Virus record (IMG/VR): IMGVR_UViG_3300033076_000615
Span: 1-29,207 of that record
From: a virus
Lineage: Duplodnaviria > Caudoviricetes
Direction: 5' to 3' (one strand)
DNA length: 29,207 bases
Below the pieces are notes generated by a model. That model worked only from the letters and a program-made list of their open reading frames with translations, was not told where the DNA came from and did not search any database. The translations under genes and the position numbers were made by a program. Positions 14,640-24,389 of this stretch are shown here, piece after piece. Within the stretch, counting starts at the first letter, position 1. Every line of letters starts with the position of its first letter.

Positions 14640-15029
14640 TCACGGTAAAAATGTGCGCTTGCCGGACTTCGGCGGGACGATCTGTAAGTGACACCAAGTG
14701 GCGGTTGCCGTCGGATGCTCAAGCCATAGGCCGACTTTCTCAAGTTCCTTGAGATTTGCCAAGCACCACTTGTCGAGATCCCCTTTGGGGTCTGCAATGT
14801 CGCAAGCCCGGCAGAGCGTGTGATTGCTGGCCTTTGCCGCGCCTTTGGTGGCCGCATTGATCGCAGCAGGACGCCAACCGCTGGAGACTTTGCTAGGACC
14901 CCATTTGGCCGCTTTTAGTAACAGATTGACGCGGCGCACTGTCTCCGCCGCATCTGCGCGCATCGCGTCTGTTAGCTCGCTGCCGTGCGTCTTGTCGCGG
15001 CCCATGAAGTAGTCGGCAATGGTAATCAT
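14640..15029 (-). CDS. peptidase M15 family endolysin
   Basis: SSGWRP..N, SNH..C.A.D and W.H zinc-peptidase motifs. Confidence 0.88.
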   Translation of the reverse strand: MITIADYFMGRDKTHGSELTDAMRADAAETVRRVNLLLKAAKWGPSKVSSGWRPAAINAATKGAAKASNHTLCRACDIADPKGDLDKWCLANLKELEKVGLWLEHPTATATWCHLQIVPPKSGKRTFLP

Positions 15030-15031
15030 GG

Positions 15032-17791
15032 TCAGTTCTTGTTAATCAGCGCGCCAATCACCGCCTGCTTCGGCAGCGGCGGGAATCCGGTAAGCCGCAG
15101 CGTCACGGCGTTTCCAAAGGTTCGAGGCACGAAGATGATGCGCCCCGTCAGCGTATGCACTGCGCCTGCGAACTTATTGGACGCATTGAGTGGCGTTGCC
15201 AAACCATAGTCCTGCCACGCCGCCGTGCGAGTGATGGTGTCAATGACCAAGAAGTTGCCGGTTCCAGCAGGCGCAGCGGTCACCGCCGCCGCGTAAATCT
15301 TGCCATCCGGCCCAATCTTGGACGATATGGTGTATCCCTCGCCGGTGAGCGTGCCAAGTGCCGTCATGTTCAGTCCAAACGTCTCAAACGTTGCCTTACC
15401 GTAAGGACTCACGCTCGTATCGCTGGGGTCAATGACCAACACATTGCGAGCAGAACGTGGCAAAACGTAAATGCGGCCATCCGCGCCAAGTTGCGGGAAT
15501 GACCACTTGATGCCAGTGGAGCCCGCATTGCTGCCCGCATCCAAGTCCACGCCAAAGTTCGTGCGCCACGCCTGGTTGTAAGTCGGGGACAGCGGGTTGG
15601 TGTCAATCACCAGCGAATCAGACGCGCCGCGTGGGCCGCAGTAGATTTTCCCATTCGGGTGCAGAGCCGCGCCGACCCACTTGCTGATCCCAACGAGGTT
15701 CAAGCCAAAGTTGGTCAATTCCAGTTTTTGCGCGTCCGCCGCGAACACGTCCATGATGAGGACTTTCTCAACGTCATACGGGATGGCGTAAATCTTGCCA
15801 TCCATGCCAATAACGCAGGAATGCCACTTTTGCACGAGCAGCGGGTCACCAGTGGGCAGCAATGCACCGCCAGTGCCAGCCGTCAAAGGCACGCCCGTTG
15901 CGCCGGTTTCACGGTCACGCGCGCCGCCGTAATCCGTTTGAATGGCAGTTCCGTAGATCGAGCCGGTCGTGTTGCTCGGGTCGATCTTGAGGATGGTCGT
16001 CGCGTTAGTTCGCGGGAAGGCGTAGATGCAGCCGTCGCCTGCCAGCACGCCGCCCTGATACTTCTGCGGGTCACTGTTGAGGGTCAGCCCCAATGTGCTG
16101 AGTGCCGCCGTCGGGAAATCGCTATCTGGGTCTGTGTCTTTAATGACCAAGAACGATTGCGAGCTGGCAGGGATGCAGTAGTTGTAGCCGTTGGGATGCG
16201 CGACCGAACCGAACCACTTGGTATTGCCGTTCGCACCGCCGTCAATAAAGGCGCGCAGATCGGTATGAAAGGCTTGACCAGCGCCCGCGTTGCCAGCGGG
16301 GTCAACAATCAGAATGTCCTGACCGGCCTGGTTGGAGTCGCAAGGGCATCCGTAAATCAAGCTCTTGTGGAACGTTGCGCCAGACCACTTGTTATTGGTC
16401 GTCAGCGAATTGACGATGGTCGGCGTGCGAACGTCATACACGTTCATGGAAGTGCGCGTTGCCGTGCCGTTGGGGTCTGCGGTGGTATCCAACGGGTCAA
16501 TGACGAGAAAATCAGTCGCATTGCCGGGGATGCAGTAGATTTTCCGGTTCATCATGACGATGGCTCGCCACTTGCTGTTGCCGGTTAGCGTTGCGCCTAG
16601 CGCTGAGCGAACGGCAGTCTGTGCGACGGTATCAATCACCAGCACATCGGTTGCGTTGAATGGACAGGCGTAAATCTTCGTCCCATAGACCGTTGCACGA
16701 ATCCACTTGCTGGAATCAGAGAGCGTCAGACCATAGGTCGGGAGCGTTGCCGTGAGCGCCGAAAAGTTCACAAGCAGCACGGACGTGGCTACGAACGGCA
16801 TCGCGTAAACGCCAGTCCCCACGCACACCATGCCCGTCCATTTCGCCGTGTTGTTGAAGGCCGTGGCAGTCAGCCCAAGCTGCGCTGCGGTGTAGACGTT
16901 TGCCGTGTTGTTGGGCGGATCAATCACCAGCATCGTGGTGGAGTTGTAAGGCGCGCAGAAAATGCGCCCATCTGGCGTCCGCACGCCGCCATCCCACTTT
17001 GCAGCGGCAGAGAGCGCCGCCGTAGCAAGGCCGAAGGTTTCACGGGTCGCCGTCAGCGCAATCGTATCAATCACCAGGATGTCGGTTGCGGTGTAGGGGA
17101 TGCAGTAAATCTTGCCATCCAGGCCCAATACGCCACCGCGCCACTTGTTCGTGCCAGACAAGTCAATGCCAAAGTTGGTCTGATACGCAATGCCGGTGTC
17201 TGGATTGTGAATCAGGACGGTTGTCGCATCGTATGGCACATGGAAATGCAGTCCATTGGCTCGAATGACTCCGCGCCAACGCTCAGTGACGTTGGGCGAA
17301 TGAACAATTGGCTGCTGAAACGAGGTGATCTTGACGGATGCCGCGAAGTTTCCGGACGACGATTCACGTCCTAGCCGCAATGCCTGCACTGTCGCCGACA
17401 GATAGCCAGACACGGCTGCCTGAGCGGCAGTTGCCGCCTGTTCAGTTACCGCATCAATCGCGCCAGCAACTGCTGCGTCAATCGCAATTTGAGACGTGTC
17501 AACTACAAAAGACAAAGCCCCGTTTACGACTTCATACACAATCTCATGCCCGCTGCGAGTTTCATCCACCGTGACAATAATGGTTGCGCCTTCCAGCAAA
17601 TTGGGCAGCGCAGCCACAGCATCTGCTCTGCTCTGAAAAATGCTGAATTCTTTTTCCGCATTGATGTATGTCTTTAGCCGCAGCGCAGTCAGTTTGCGAG
17701 TGCTCTGCGCCTCACTGCTGTAAATCGGGATGGAGTCCCGATCCGTGATCGTTACAATTTCATTCAGTTGGTTAATATCAGGCACGATCAA
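15032..17791 (-). CDS. large tail/receptor-binding protein with 14 beta-propeller-like repeats
   Basis: 919 aa; repeats of KWxGxVxxxDGKIYxxPxxAxxVLVID; occupies the tailspike position before the lysis genes. Confidence 0.75.
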   Translation of the reverse strand: MIVPDINQLNEIVTITDRDSIPIYSSEAQSTRKLTALRLKTYINAEKEFSIFQSRADAVAALPNLLEGATIIVTVDETRSGHEIVYEVVNGALSFVVDTSQIAIDAAVAGAIDAVTEQAATAAQAAVSGYLSATVQALRLGRESSSGNFAASVKITSFQQPIVHSPNVTERWRGVIRANGLHFHVPYDATTVLIHNPDTGIAYQTNFGIDLSGTNKWRGGVLGLDGKIYCIPYTATDILVIDTIALTATRETFGLATAALSAAAKWDGGVRTPDGRIFCAPYNSTTMLVIDPPNNTANVYTAAQLGLTATAFNNTAKWTGMVCVGTGVYAMPFVATSVLLVNFSALTATLPTYGLTLSDSSKWIRATVYGTKIYACPFNATDVLVIDTVAQTAVRSALGATLTGNSKWRAIVMMNRKIYCIPGNATDFLVIDPLDTTADPNGTATRTSMNVYDVRTPTIVNSLTTNNKWSGATFHKSLIYGCPCDSNQAGQDILIVDPAGNAGAGQAFHTDLRAFIDGGANGNTKWFGSVAHPNGYNYCIPASSQSFLVIKDTDPDSDFPTAALSTLGLTLNSDPQKYQGGVLAGDGCIYAFPRTNATTILKIDPSNTTGSIYGTAIQTDYGGARDRETGATGVPLTAGTGGALLPTGDPLLVQKWHSCVIGMDGKIYAIPYDVEKVLIMDVFAADAQKLELTNFGLNLVGISKWVGAALHPNGKIYCGPRGASDSLVIDTNPLSPTYNQAWRTNFGVDLDAGSNAGSTGIKWSFPQLGADGRIYVLPRSARNVLVIDPSDTSVSPYGKATFETFGLNMTALGTLTGEGYTISSKIGPDGKIYAAAVTAAPAGTGNFLVIDTITRTAAWQDYGLATPLNASNKFAGAVHTLTGRIIFVPRTFGNAVTLRLTGFPPLPKQAVIGALINKN

Positions 17792-18273
17792 GTCTCCAAA
17801 AAGCTATCGGGGCCAGCCTGCAACCGATCTTCAGGCTGGAAGTATTGGTTCAAACCACCATTGCGATACGGCTTGTTGCCCGCGCCATACGGCAGGTTGT
17901 TCGGGAACTGCATCGTGGCGAGGTCGCGCTCTGCCACATGACTGATCATGTCGTTGTAGCTCATGCGCGCATTGATCCGCATGTCTTGCGTGATTGTTTT
18001 GCCGTAGCTGGGGGCGAGCAGCATGGCCAGGTTCTGCACAATCGCGGAGCTGTAAATATCAGGCACGCCAGAATCATCATCCGGGTTTGACGTACTGGGG
18101 CTGGATGGCAGCAGATAGCCGATGCGGATGCCTCGACTGTCCCATTGCGCCACCATGCGATCCAGCTTGTTTAGGGCATCTGTGATTTCGGATGCGCTAA
18201 TGTCGAAGACGTAGCCAGCAAGGCCAATGTCCGAAAATGCGGCATTGATGTATTCGCGTTTGGTAGTGGCCAT
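17788..18273 (-). CDS. P22 gp4-like head-to-tail adaptor (packaged DNA stabilization)
   Basis: TKREYINAAFSDIG, ALNKLDRMVAQW, AIVQNLAMLLAPSYG, PYGAGNK motifs. Confidence 0.85.
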   Translation of the reverse strand: MATTKREYINAAFSDIGLAGYVFDISASEITDALNKLDRMVAQWDSRGIRIGYLLPSSPSTSNPDDDSGVPDIYSSAIVQNLAMLLAPSYGKTITQDMRINARMSYNDMISHVAERDLATMQFPNNLPYGAGNKPYRNGGLNQYFQPEDRLQAGPDSFLET

Positions 18274-18298
18274 GATTACTTTCCGTTATGCTCTAAGC

Positions 18299-18481
18299 AT
18301 GACGCATGAATTGCTAAAATACATCTGCCTGCCGCTGCTTTGCATGTTCATTTGGTCAATCTACCTTTCACTGGCCAGATTGCTGTATGAAGGGTGCCGC
18401 CGCGCTTATGCCAAGACCCGCCGCAGCGCCGCGCTGCAATCGGTCAGCAAGCGGCTGCGGAATGGTCACCGTTGGGCGTGA
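18299..18481 (+). CDS. possible small antisense membrane protein, 60 aa
   Basis: MTHELLKYICLPLLCMFIWSIYLSLARLLY, a single TM then a basic tail; starts in the AT-richer gap, overlaps the end of 18368-20434; no clear RBS. Confidence 0.4.
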   Translation: MTHELLKYICLPLLCMFIWSIYLSLARLLYEGCRRAYAKTRRSAALQSVSKRLRNGHRWA

Positions 18482-20434
18482 TGCTGCCGTAGCACCTTGC
18501 ATAGCCGCGCCTACTGCCGCGCGACGAGGCGCACCAGCCGCAAAGTTGGCAATCGGCTCAACGATCAGACCGACTCCCTTGAGCGTTCCGAGCGATTTAA
18601 TGATTTTGCCAAGCCTGTCCGCAGCGTAAGCCGCGCCAGTCAATCCAGTCGGCGGAGGCTGCGCCTGTGGGCCTTGAACGAGCTTTGCCGCCTTGCCGAT
18701 GGTCTCAAGTTGCGCCAACTCATCCGGCTCAAACAACACTTTGGCGCGACCAGTCGCCATGATCTTGGCAAGCTCTTTGTTGTAGGTCGCCAAGTTGAAT
18801 TGCTTTTCGCTGCCGCTGCTGGCTTTCTGATACAGATCGTCCAGCACTTGCCCACGAACCTGCGCCCATGCTGCCGGATCGCGCTTCTGGTAGAAGTTCT
18901 TCAGCGTGCGAAGCTGTCCGTTATCCACGCGGGGGCCAGTGACAAACTTCTGCATAAAGAAGTCCGGAGTCAAGTCGCCATCGCTGACCGCCTTGAGTGC
19001 TGGCACAGACTCAAGCTCTTGAAAACGAGCCGCAGCCGCCTTTTGAGCCGAGCGTAGCGCCGTCAATGCGCGCGCATCGCCTGATGCAACGACGGCATCA
19101 TCCAGCGACTTGTTCAGTTCCGTCTTGAAGATGCCAATGGCTCGTTTTGCAGCGCCATCACCTGCGCGGTCAGCCTTACCAAACGCATCATTGGCGGTTC
19201 GCAAGACTTCCTCAGCGCGTGCAATGGTCACGGGCGGATTGGCGGGGTCTTGGATCTGTTCCATGAAGCGCGCAAGCCCTGGGGGCAGATCAGTCAAAAT
19301 CGCGGCCTGATCCAACTGCGGATAGACGCGGTTCGCAAGATCGCTAGCAGGGATAACCTGATCGCGTCCCGCTGCATTGCGGGCAATGTCGTATAGCTTG
19401 TCAACGCGCGCTTTGAGTTTGTTCGCACGCTGGATAACTGGGGCCTGTGCCACGATGCCCGCAGATTCGCGATCCAGCGCAGCAGGGGCTTTGCCGGTCA
19501 CATCGCGCAAGCCTTTGTTGAGATCCTCGTAAACCTGCTGCCGTTGTGCAGCCAACGCAGCGCCTTCGGGGCCTGCGGCGAGAGACTTTTCGCGCCCAAA
19601 GTCTGCGGGTGATTGCGTCTCTTGTGCCGTTGTGGGTCGCTGGACGCCAGCCTGCTTCAATGTGGCACGGTTTGCTAGCACTTCCGGATTCAGTTCCGTT
19701 GCGCCACGGCCAGCGGCCTGCACTTCGGACAGAATGGTTTGCTTAACGTCGGCATCTAATGCTTGCCAATCCACGCCTTGCTTGCCTACGGCGGCAGATA
19801 CTGCCTGCTCAATCTCTGCAATGGATGGCGGCGACTTCACTTTTGAGGCGAGCGATTGATAGCCGCGAAGCGCGGCGTTACCAATGAGCTTCAAGCCCGC
19901 CATGCCAATAGGCGTTGCGATTGCGCCAGCCAGACCACCAACGCCAATTTGCTGCGCTTTGGCAGTGGCGTAATCTTGGCCTTGCGAGGTGTCTACAGGT
20001 GCGATTGCGCCCTGCGCCGCGCCTTGCAAGCCGCCAGCGATTGCCGCGCGCCCTAGCGTGGTTGGAGCGCCGCCAATTGCAGCTAGTGGGGCTGTTACGA
20101 GCGCGTTGCCAAGCAATCGAGCAATGTCCAGTCCTTCGGTCTGCGAGGACAACCGCTCAGCATTCTGAATGGCATTGGTTGCAGCCGTGTCAACGCCAGC
20201 GGCCACATTGCCAGGGACTGGCAACGCGCGGCCAGCCAATTGCATCATGCCTGCAACACTTTCCTTTGCGCCTGCGCCGAGACGTTCAGCAAAACCCGGA
20301 GGCGCAAGCGCGGATTGTCCACCACCCGCACGGATAGCGGCAACGCGATCCTTCAACGACTGCGAATCCGGAGCCACATCGTCAGGGATGTTCTGGATTG
20401 TGATGCCGTCTTTTGTGGTGATGGAGTAAGGCAT
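18368..20434 (-). CDS. DNA ejection/transfer protein (P22 gp16 position)
   Basis: 688 aa, Ala/Gly-rich and helical; third of the ejection trio. Confidence 0.75.
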   Translation of the reverse strand: MPYSITTKDGITIQNIPDDVAPDSQSLKDRVAAIRAGGGQSALAPPGFAERLGAGAKESVAGMMQLAGRALPVPGNVAAGVDTAATNAIQNAERLSSQTEGLDIARLLGNALVTAPLAAIGGAPTTLGRAAIAGGLQGAAQGAIAPVDTSQGQDYATAKAQQIGVGGLAGAIATPIGMAGLKLIGNAALRGYQSLASKVKSPPSIAEIEQAVSAAVGKQGVDWQALDADVKQTILSEVQAAGRGATELNPEVLANRATLKQAGVQRPTTAQETQSPADFGREKSLAAGPEGAALAAQRQQVYEDLNKGLRDVTGKAPAALDRESAGIVAQAPVIQRANKLKARVDKLYDIARNAAGRDQVIPASDLANRVYPQLDQAAILTDLPPGLARFMEQIQDPANPPVTIARAEEVLRTANDAFGKADRAGDGAAKRAIGIFKTELNKSLDDAVVASGDARALTALRSAQKAAAARFQELESVPALKAVSDGDLTPDFFMQKFVTGPRVDNGQLRTLKNFYQKRDPAAWAQVRGQVLDDLYQKASSGSEKQFNLATYNKELAKIMATGRAKVLFEPDELAQLETIGKAAKLVQGPQAQPPPTGLTGAAYAADRLGKIIKSLGTLKGVGLIVEPIANFAAGAPRRAAVGAAMQGATAASRPTVTIPQPLADRLQRGAAAGLGISAAAPFIQQSGQ

Positions 20435-21693
20435 TAGTAATCCACCGTGATGTTACGCGGGGGCTGACTTGCGGCAGGTGATTGAGGCGCTGCCGCAGAT
20501 GGAAATGGCTTGACGTTTTCCAAAAAAACCTGAGCTGTCTCACTTTTTGGCGATGCCGACTTGAGTAACTTTGTGCTTTTGTCGTATTGCGCTTTTGCCG
20601 CTCTATCAGCAACGCCAAAAATCACTTCCAACTCGCCTTTTGTGAATGAAATGTCGCCACTGCGCGCCTTAAGAAGCAACTTTTGCTCGCCTTCGGTGAT
20701 TTGGCCTTGACCAGTCAACGCCTTTCGTGATTGCAGCGCCATTTCTGACAATCCCTGAATAACCTCGCGTGTTGCTTCAACGGATTTGTCGCCCTTAAAC
20801 CCTAGCGCATCGCCAATTCTTGCAACGGATAGCCGCTGATCTGCCAAAGGCCCAGTAATGGCCTTTTTCAATGCCTCGCGATAACGAGGGATTTCTTCTG
20901 CTTGCCCAGCCGCAGCGTTGGCCGTCTCGTAAAGGTCTGGAACCAATTTCCCAAGCTCTGCGGACGCAGTTTTTTCAAGGTTTGTAATTTCAACCTTGGT
21001 CACAGCCGCAGGTGGCTTTTTTAGCGTTTGCAAGTTAACGAATGTGGCTTGCTGCTGCGGCGTTAAATTGCCAAAGTCAATGGCTTCAAGAATTGACGAA
21101 GGCACGTTTTCACGTCTTTTTGCCGCCACAACATCAGGCTGCAACTGCGCAGATCGGCGCTCTTCACCAGCCTTAGCCAGCGACTCAGTGAGCGACTTGA
21201 ACTTGTCCGGAGCGGCTTGCGACATGCCAAACATCAGGAACGAGGCCGCAGCGTTCGGGTCTTTGTCAATTGCATCCCGCACGCGCTGCAACTTGCTCAC
21301 ATCCTGGCCCGCATTCTTCGCTGCCGTGATCTGCTCATCTGCAACTTGCTTTGCAATGTCCACATTGCCAGACTGCAATGCGCTGAGGACTTCGCCAGCC
21401 TTTGCGAACTCGTTTTCCTGCCGCTGAGTGTCTAACGCCTTAAATGCGGACTGCGCCTGCTCGCCAAACTCAGGGAACTTGACGCCAAGCTCCAAGAATC
21501 GGTTAGGGTCGCGCGTGGCAAAAGCCTCCTGCGCGGCCTGCTGGTATGCGGACTGCCGTTGCATCTGCTGTTGCTGCTGCTGACGCGCCTGCATTACTTG
21601 CTGAATCTGCGCGGCTTGTCCAAAGGACTGCGCAAAGTTCGCCAGCGGATTGGTCTGCGGCAATTGTGCGAGGTAATTAATCGGATCAGGCAT
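20434..21693 (-). CDS. DNA ejection/transfer protein (P22 gp20 position)
   Basis: 419 aa, Gln/Ala-rich; MPDPINY N-terminus; synteny. Confidence 0.75.
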   Translation of the reverse strand: MPDPINYLAQLPQTNPLANFAQSFGQAAQIQQVMQARQQQQQQMQRQSAYQQAAQEAFATRDPNRFLELGVKFPEFGEQAQSAFKALDTQRQENEFAKAGEVLSALQSGNVDIAKQVADEQITAAKNAGQDVSKLQRVRDAIDKDPNAAASFLMFGMSQAAPDKFKSLTESLAKAGEERRSAQLQPDVVAAKRRENVPSSILEAIDFGNLTPQQQATFVNLQTLKKPPAAVTKVEITNLEKTASAELGKLVPDLYETANAAAGQAEEIPRYREALKKAITGPLADQRLSVARIGDALGFKGDKSVEATREVIQGLSEMALQSRKALTGQGQITEGEQKLLLKARSGDISFTKGELEVIFGVADRAAKAQYDKSTKLLKSASPKSETAQVFLENVKPFPSAAAPQSPAASQPPRNITVDY

Positions 21694-21702
21694 GGGGACT
21701 CC

Positions 21703-22368
21703 TTAGAAACCACCAAAGCCAGCGAACAAGCCGCCAAGCCCAACGGCCTGATTGAAGAGCTGTCCCTGCCGCGCGCCCTGCGCGAGCTGTCCGCCAGCAA
21801 GCGCCGCGCCCTGCTGGCCTAATAGCCCTGCAATGTTTGCGGATGCGGCGCTACCCTGCGCGCCTGTCTGCGTTGCCGCATTAAGACCCGTGTTGGTCAA
21901 GCCGCCCAATCGGTTAAACTGCTCACCTACAAACTGATTCAGCAAGCTAGGCCGGAACTGAGCGAGTGCGCCTTGGACGTTCCCGCCTCGCAATCCGCCT
22001 GTGGCCGATGCGTTCTGCAAGATGGCGTTTTCGCCCTGCCTGAATAGGGCCTGAAATGCAGGAGAGCTTTCAAGAGCGGCATATGCCTGCTGCTGCTGGC
22101 CAGTGCCATTTAGCCCGAGCAATGCGCCCTGCTGGCCGAATGCCTGCTGCCCGCCCTGAGCGTATGGCGCTAGCAGGGCCTGGATGGCGTCAAACTGACG
22201 GCGCTGCTCGTTGATGCCAGCCTGTGCGGCCCCAGACTGTGTTTGCGCTGCCTGCTGCGCTGCGTTTGCGGCCTGGTTTGCGCCAGTGACTTCGCCAAAA
22301 AGGTTAGTGACCGGATCAATCAGCAATCCGCCCGCAATCTCTTTGCCTACATCTGCGATGAATCCCAT
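21703..22368 (-). CDS. DNA transfer protein (P22 gp7-like)
   Basis: QGENAILQNASATGGLRGGNVQGALAQF motif. Confidence 0.85.
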   Translation of the reverse strand: MGFIADVGKEIAGGLLIDPVTNLFGEVTGANQAANAAQQAAQTQSGAAQAGINEQRRQFDAIQALLAPYAQGGQQAFGQQGALLGLNGTGQQQQAYAALESSPAFQALFRQGENAILQNASATGGLRGGNVQGALAQFRPSLLNQFVGEQFNRLGGLTNTGLNAATQTGAQGSAASANIAGLLGQQGAALAGGQLAQGARQGQLFNQAVGLGGLFAGFGGF

Positions 22369-22817
22369 GTCTTACTCCAATCGCTTCGGGTCAGTCCGAG
22401 AATGTGAACCCCGATGAGTTTGCCGTCTTTCAGGCATGCATCAGGCTTGTAACCTTCTCGCTTGAATCCGATCTTCTGGCAGTAATTGACTGCCGTAGGA
22501 ATGGAGGACATCACCTGTGCGGTTAAGCGGCTCACGCGCAGGTCAGCAAACATCTGTTCAACGAATAGTAACCCAAGTTTGCGTGCATAGGGTAATGCGG
22601 AGGGCCATAGCAGCGCATGAACGTCGCGCTCAATGCTGGACACTGGCAGCGCCAAGAATCCGCCAACTAAACGGTCGTTCAAGTATGCGCCCCAATAGCG
22701 CGCGTGAGGGCTTTCAACGGGAATCGCAGGGCGCAGATCATGGGCAATGCGCTGCACGCTTTCGGGAGCGTATAGGCTTGCAATGGTCAAGCTGTCTGCG
22801 ATGCGTTCAACGCGCAT
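22347..22817 (-). CDS. P22 gp14-like GNAT-fold protein (DUF2824-like)
   Basis: DVHALL, NYCQKIGFKREG...ILGLTR motifs; directly before gp7. Confidence 0.8.
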   Translation of the reverse strand: MRVERIADSLTIASLYAPESVQRIAHDLRPAIPVESPHARYWGAYLNDRLVGGFLALPVSSIERDVHALLWPSALPYARKLGLLFVEQMFADLRVSRLTAQVMSSIPTAVNYCQKIGFKREGYKPDACLKDGKLIGVHILGLTRSDWSKTWDSSQM

Positions 22818-23449
22818 TAGACGGCCACGGCAGTCACCGCAATCTGGCCGGTGAAGCTGAACGAGCCAGCGGCGGTCAAGTCGAGACTGAAAGTTCTCGC
22901 GTAAGGCGATGCGCCACCAGTGCCGCCAATCACGTCAACTAGGCCAGTGCCTGCATCCGTGCTAGTGGTCAAGAACCCGATTTTGTTGATGATGAACACG
23001 CCGCTGGTGAAGTCCGCGTTCACGAACGTTGCGCCGCCCGTCACCGTCTGATTGGTGCGCGTTGCGGCAGGGCTGATAGCCTTGATGATGGTGTTCGCCG
23101 CAGTGCCGCCCGATGCGCCATTCAAAAACACAGTGGCCGCAGTTACCGCCGTGGCGTTATTGCTGACGCCGATGAACCCAATGGCAGTGCCACCAAGACC
23201 AAACTCGCGGTCTAGGGAGTTATTCAGACCAGTATTGACGTAAGCGTTATGCCTGAAAATAAGCAGACAATCGTCATCGGCTTCAAAGTTTGTCAGCCAT
23301 TCGGGGAGCGAAACATCCCATTCAAAATGCCTTTTTTCTCCTTTGTTAAGCCGCAAAACATCTGCGCCAGTCACGACAACTTTGTCAAGGCGCTCTGCCT
23401 TCACAATAATAATTCCAAGACCTTCGCGACCCATTCCGTCATTTTCCAT
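22817..23449 (-). CDS. putative virion structural protein
   Basis: Thr/Gly-rich beta protein; AGGAGA RBS favours ATG 23449 (alternative 23455) over the track's 23800. Confidence 0.7.
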   Translation of the reverse strand: MENDGMGREGLGIIIVKAERLDKVVVTGADVLRLNKGEKRHFEWDVSLPEWLTNFEADDDCLLIFRHNAYVNTGLNNSLDREFGLGGTAIGFIGVSNNATAVTAATVFLNGASGGTAANTIIKAISPAATRTNQTVTGGATFVNADFTSGVFIINKIGFLTTSTDAGTGLVDVIGGTGGASPYARTFSLDLTAAGSFSFTGQIAVTAVAV

Positions 23450-23459
23450 CGTCATTCTC

Positions 23460-24389
23460 CTAAACCGTAAATATGATTCTACAACGGCCCAATGCACCGG
23501 CCCCGCCAGCCGCCAACGCAGGGCCACCGCGACCGCCACCTCCTGCCTGAGCGCCATCTGAGCCTGTAGATAGAGCGCCATCGCCGCCAAACTCTGCACC
23601 GCCAATGCGGCCTGATCCTGCGGCATTGCTGCCCGCGCCACCGCCGCCTGTCTGCCCTGATCCGCTACCGCCTGCGCGCACCGTGTTGCCGATGCCGCCC
23701 GTGGCAGAGCCAGTGCCAGCCGTTCCAGCGCCGACACCGCCAGCACCGCCCAATGCCCCGCCTTTTGCGAGACAGCCCTGCGCCGCGCTGGTGGGCGCAA
23801 CTACCGTGGTGCTGATCCATGAATCATTACCAACCGTGCCCGCTGCCGTGGCCGCCCCGCCTGCTGCCGTAGCGGCAACGCGAATGGTCAACGTGATGCC
23901 AGCAGCAAGCGATAGCGTGGTGCGCGCGAACTGAGCGCCAGCACCTCCACCACCACTGCCGACCGATCCGCCGCCACCGCCGCCGCCGCCGCCCCATGCA
24001 TCAAGGATGTAAGAGCCTGCGAAGGGTGTGACGAACGTAAACGTTCCCGCCGAGATCCAGCTAGGTTGCAAGCTCGCCACATCCGTCTGACGGGCAGAGT
24101 CAAACAACGTCAGCGGGGCAAGGCGCAGCACATCGGCAGCGTTGCGCGTGTCATTGGGCCGCACTGAAATGGCGGGGATGCGGTAAGCGTCGCCACGGCT
24201 TGCAGACTCCAGCAGCGTAAGGCCAGAGATGCGCAACGTTTCGCCGCGGTTGACGGCTTCCACAAGCCGCAGTTGAGCAATCCGCATCTGCTCACTACGG
24301 CGCAATGACTCGGGGATGATGAAAGTTGGCGCGCCTGATCCGCCACCGCCGCCAGGGTTGTAGTCCGGCGTATAGCGTGATCCGCTCAC
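23460..24389 (-). CDS. glycine-rich domain virion/tail protein
   Basis: WGGGGGGGGG..GGGGAG and GGAGALGRCRI glycine-rich domain pattern. Confidence 0.75.
   Translation of the reverse strand: MSGSRYTPDYNPGGGGGSGAPTFIIPESLRRSEQMRIAQLRLVEAVNRGETLRISGLTLLESASRGDAYRIPAISVRPNDTRNAADVLRLAPLTLFDSARQTDVASLQPSWISAGTFTFVTPFAGSYILDAWGGGGGGGGGSVGSGGGGAGAQFARTTLSLAAGITLTIRVAATAAGGAATAAGTVGNDSWISTTVVAPTSAAQGCLAKGGALGGAGGVGAGTAGTGSATGGIGNTVRAGGSGSGQTGGGGAGSNAAGSGRIGGAEFGGDGALSTGSDGAQAGGGGRGGPALAAGGAGALGRCRIIFTV

Noticed and set aside
15659-16588. 309-aa + strand ORF and other long antisense ORFs (e.g. 6039-6665, 18497-19057)
   Set aside because: Shadow frames of well-supported genes in GC-rich DNA, with no motifs.
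15032-17300. CRISPR array or DGR template/variable repeats
   Set aside because: The repeats are degenerate and at protein level only; no reverse transcriptase, cas gene or adenine-specific repeat pair was seen.
23450-23800. N-terminal extension of the 22817 ORF, or a programmed frameshift from the glycine-rich gene
   Set aside because: The open alternate frame is explained by GC-rich Gly/Ala codons; no slippery site was seen, and there is a good RBS at 23449-23460.
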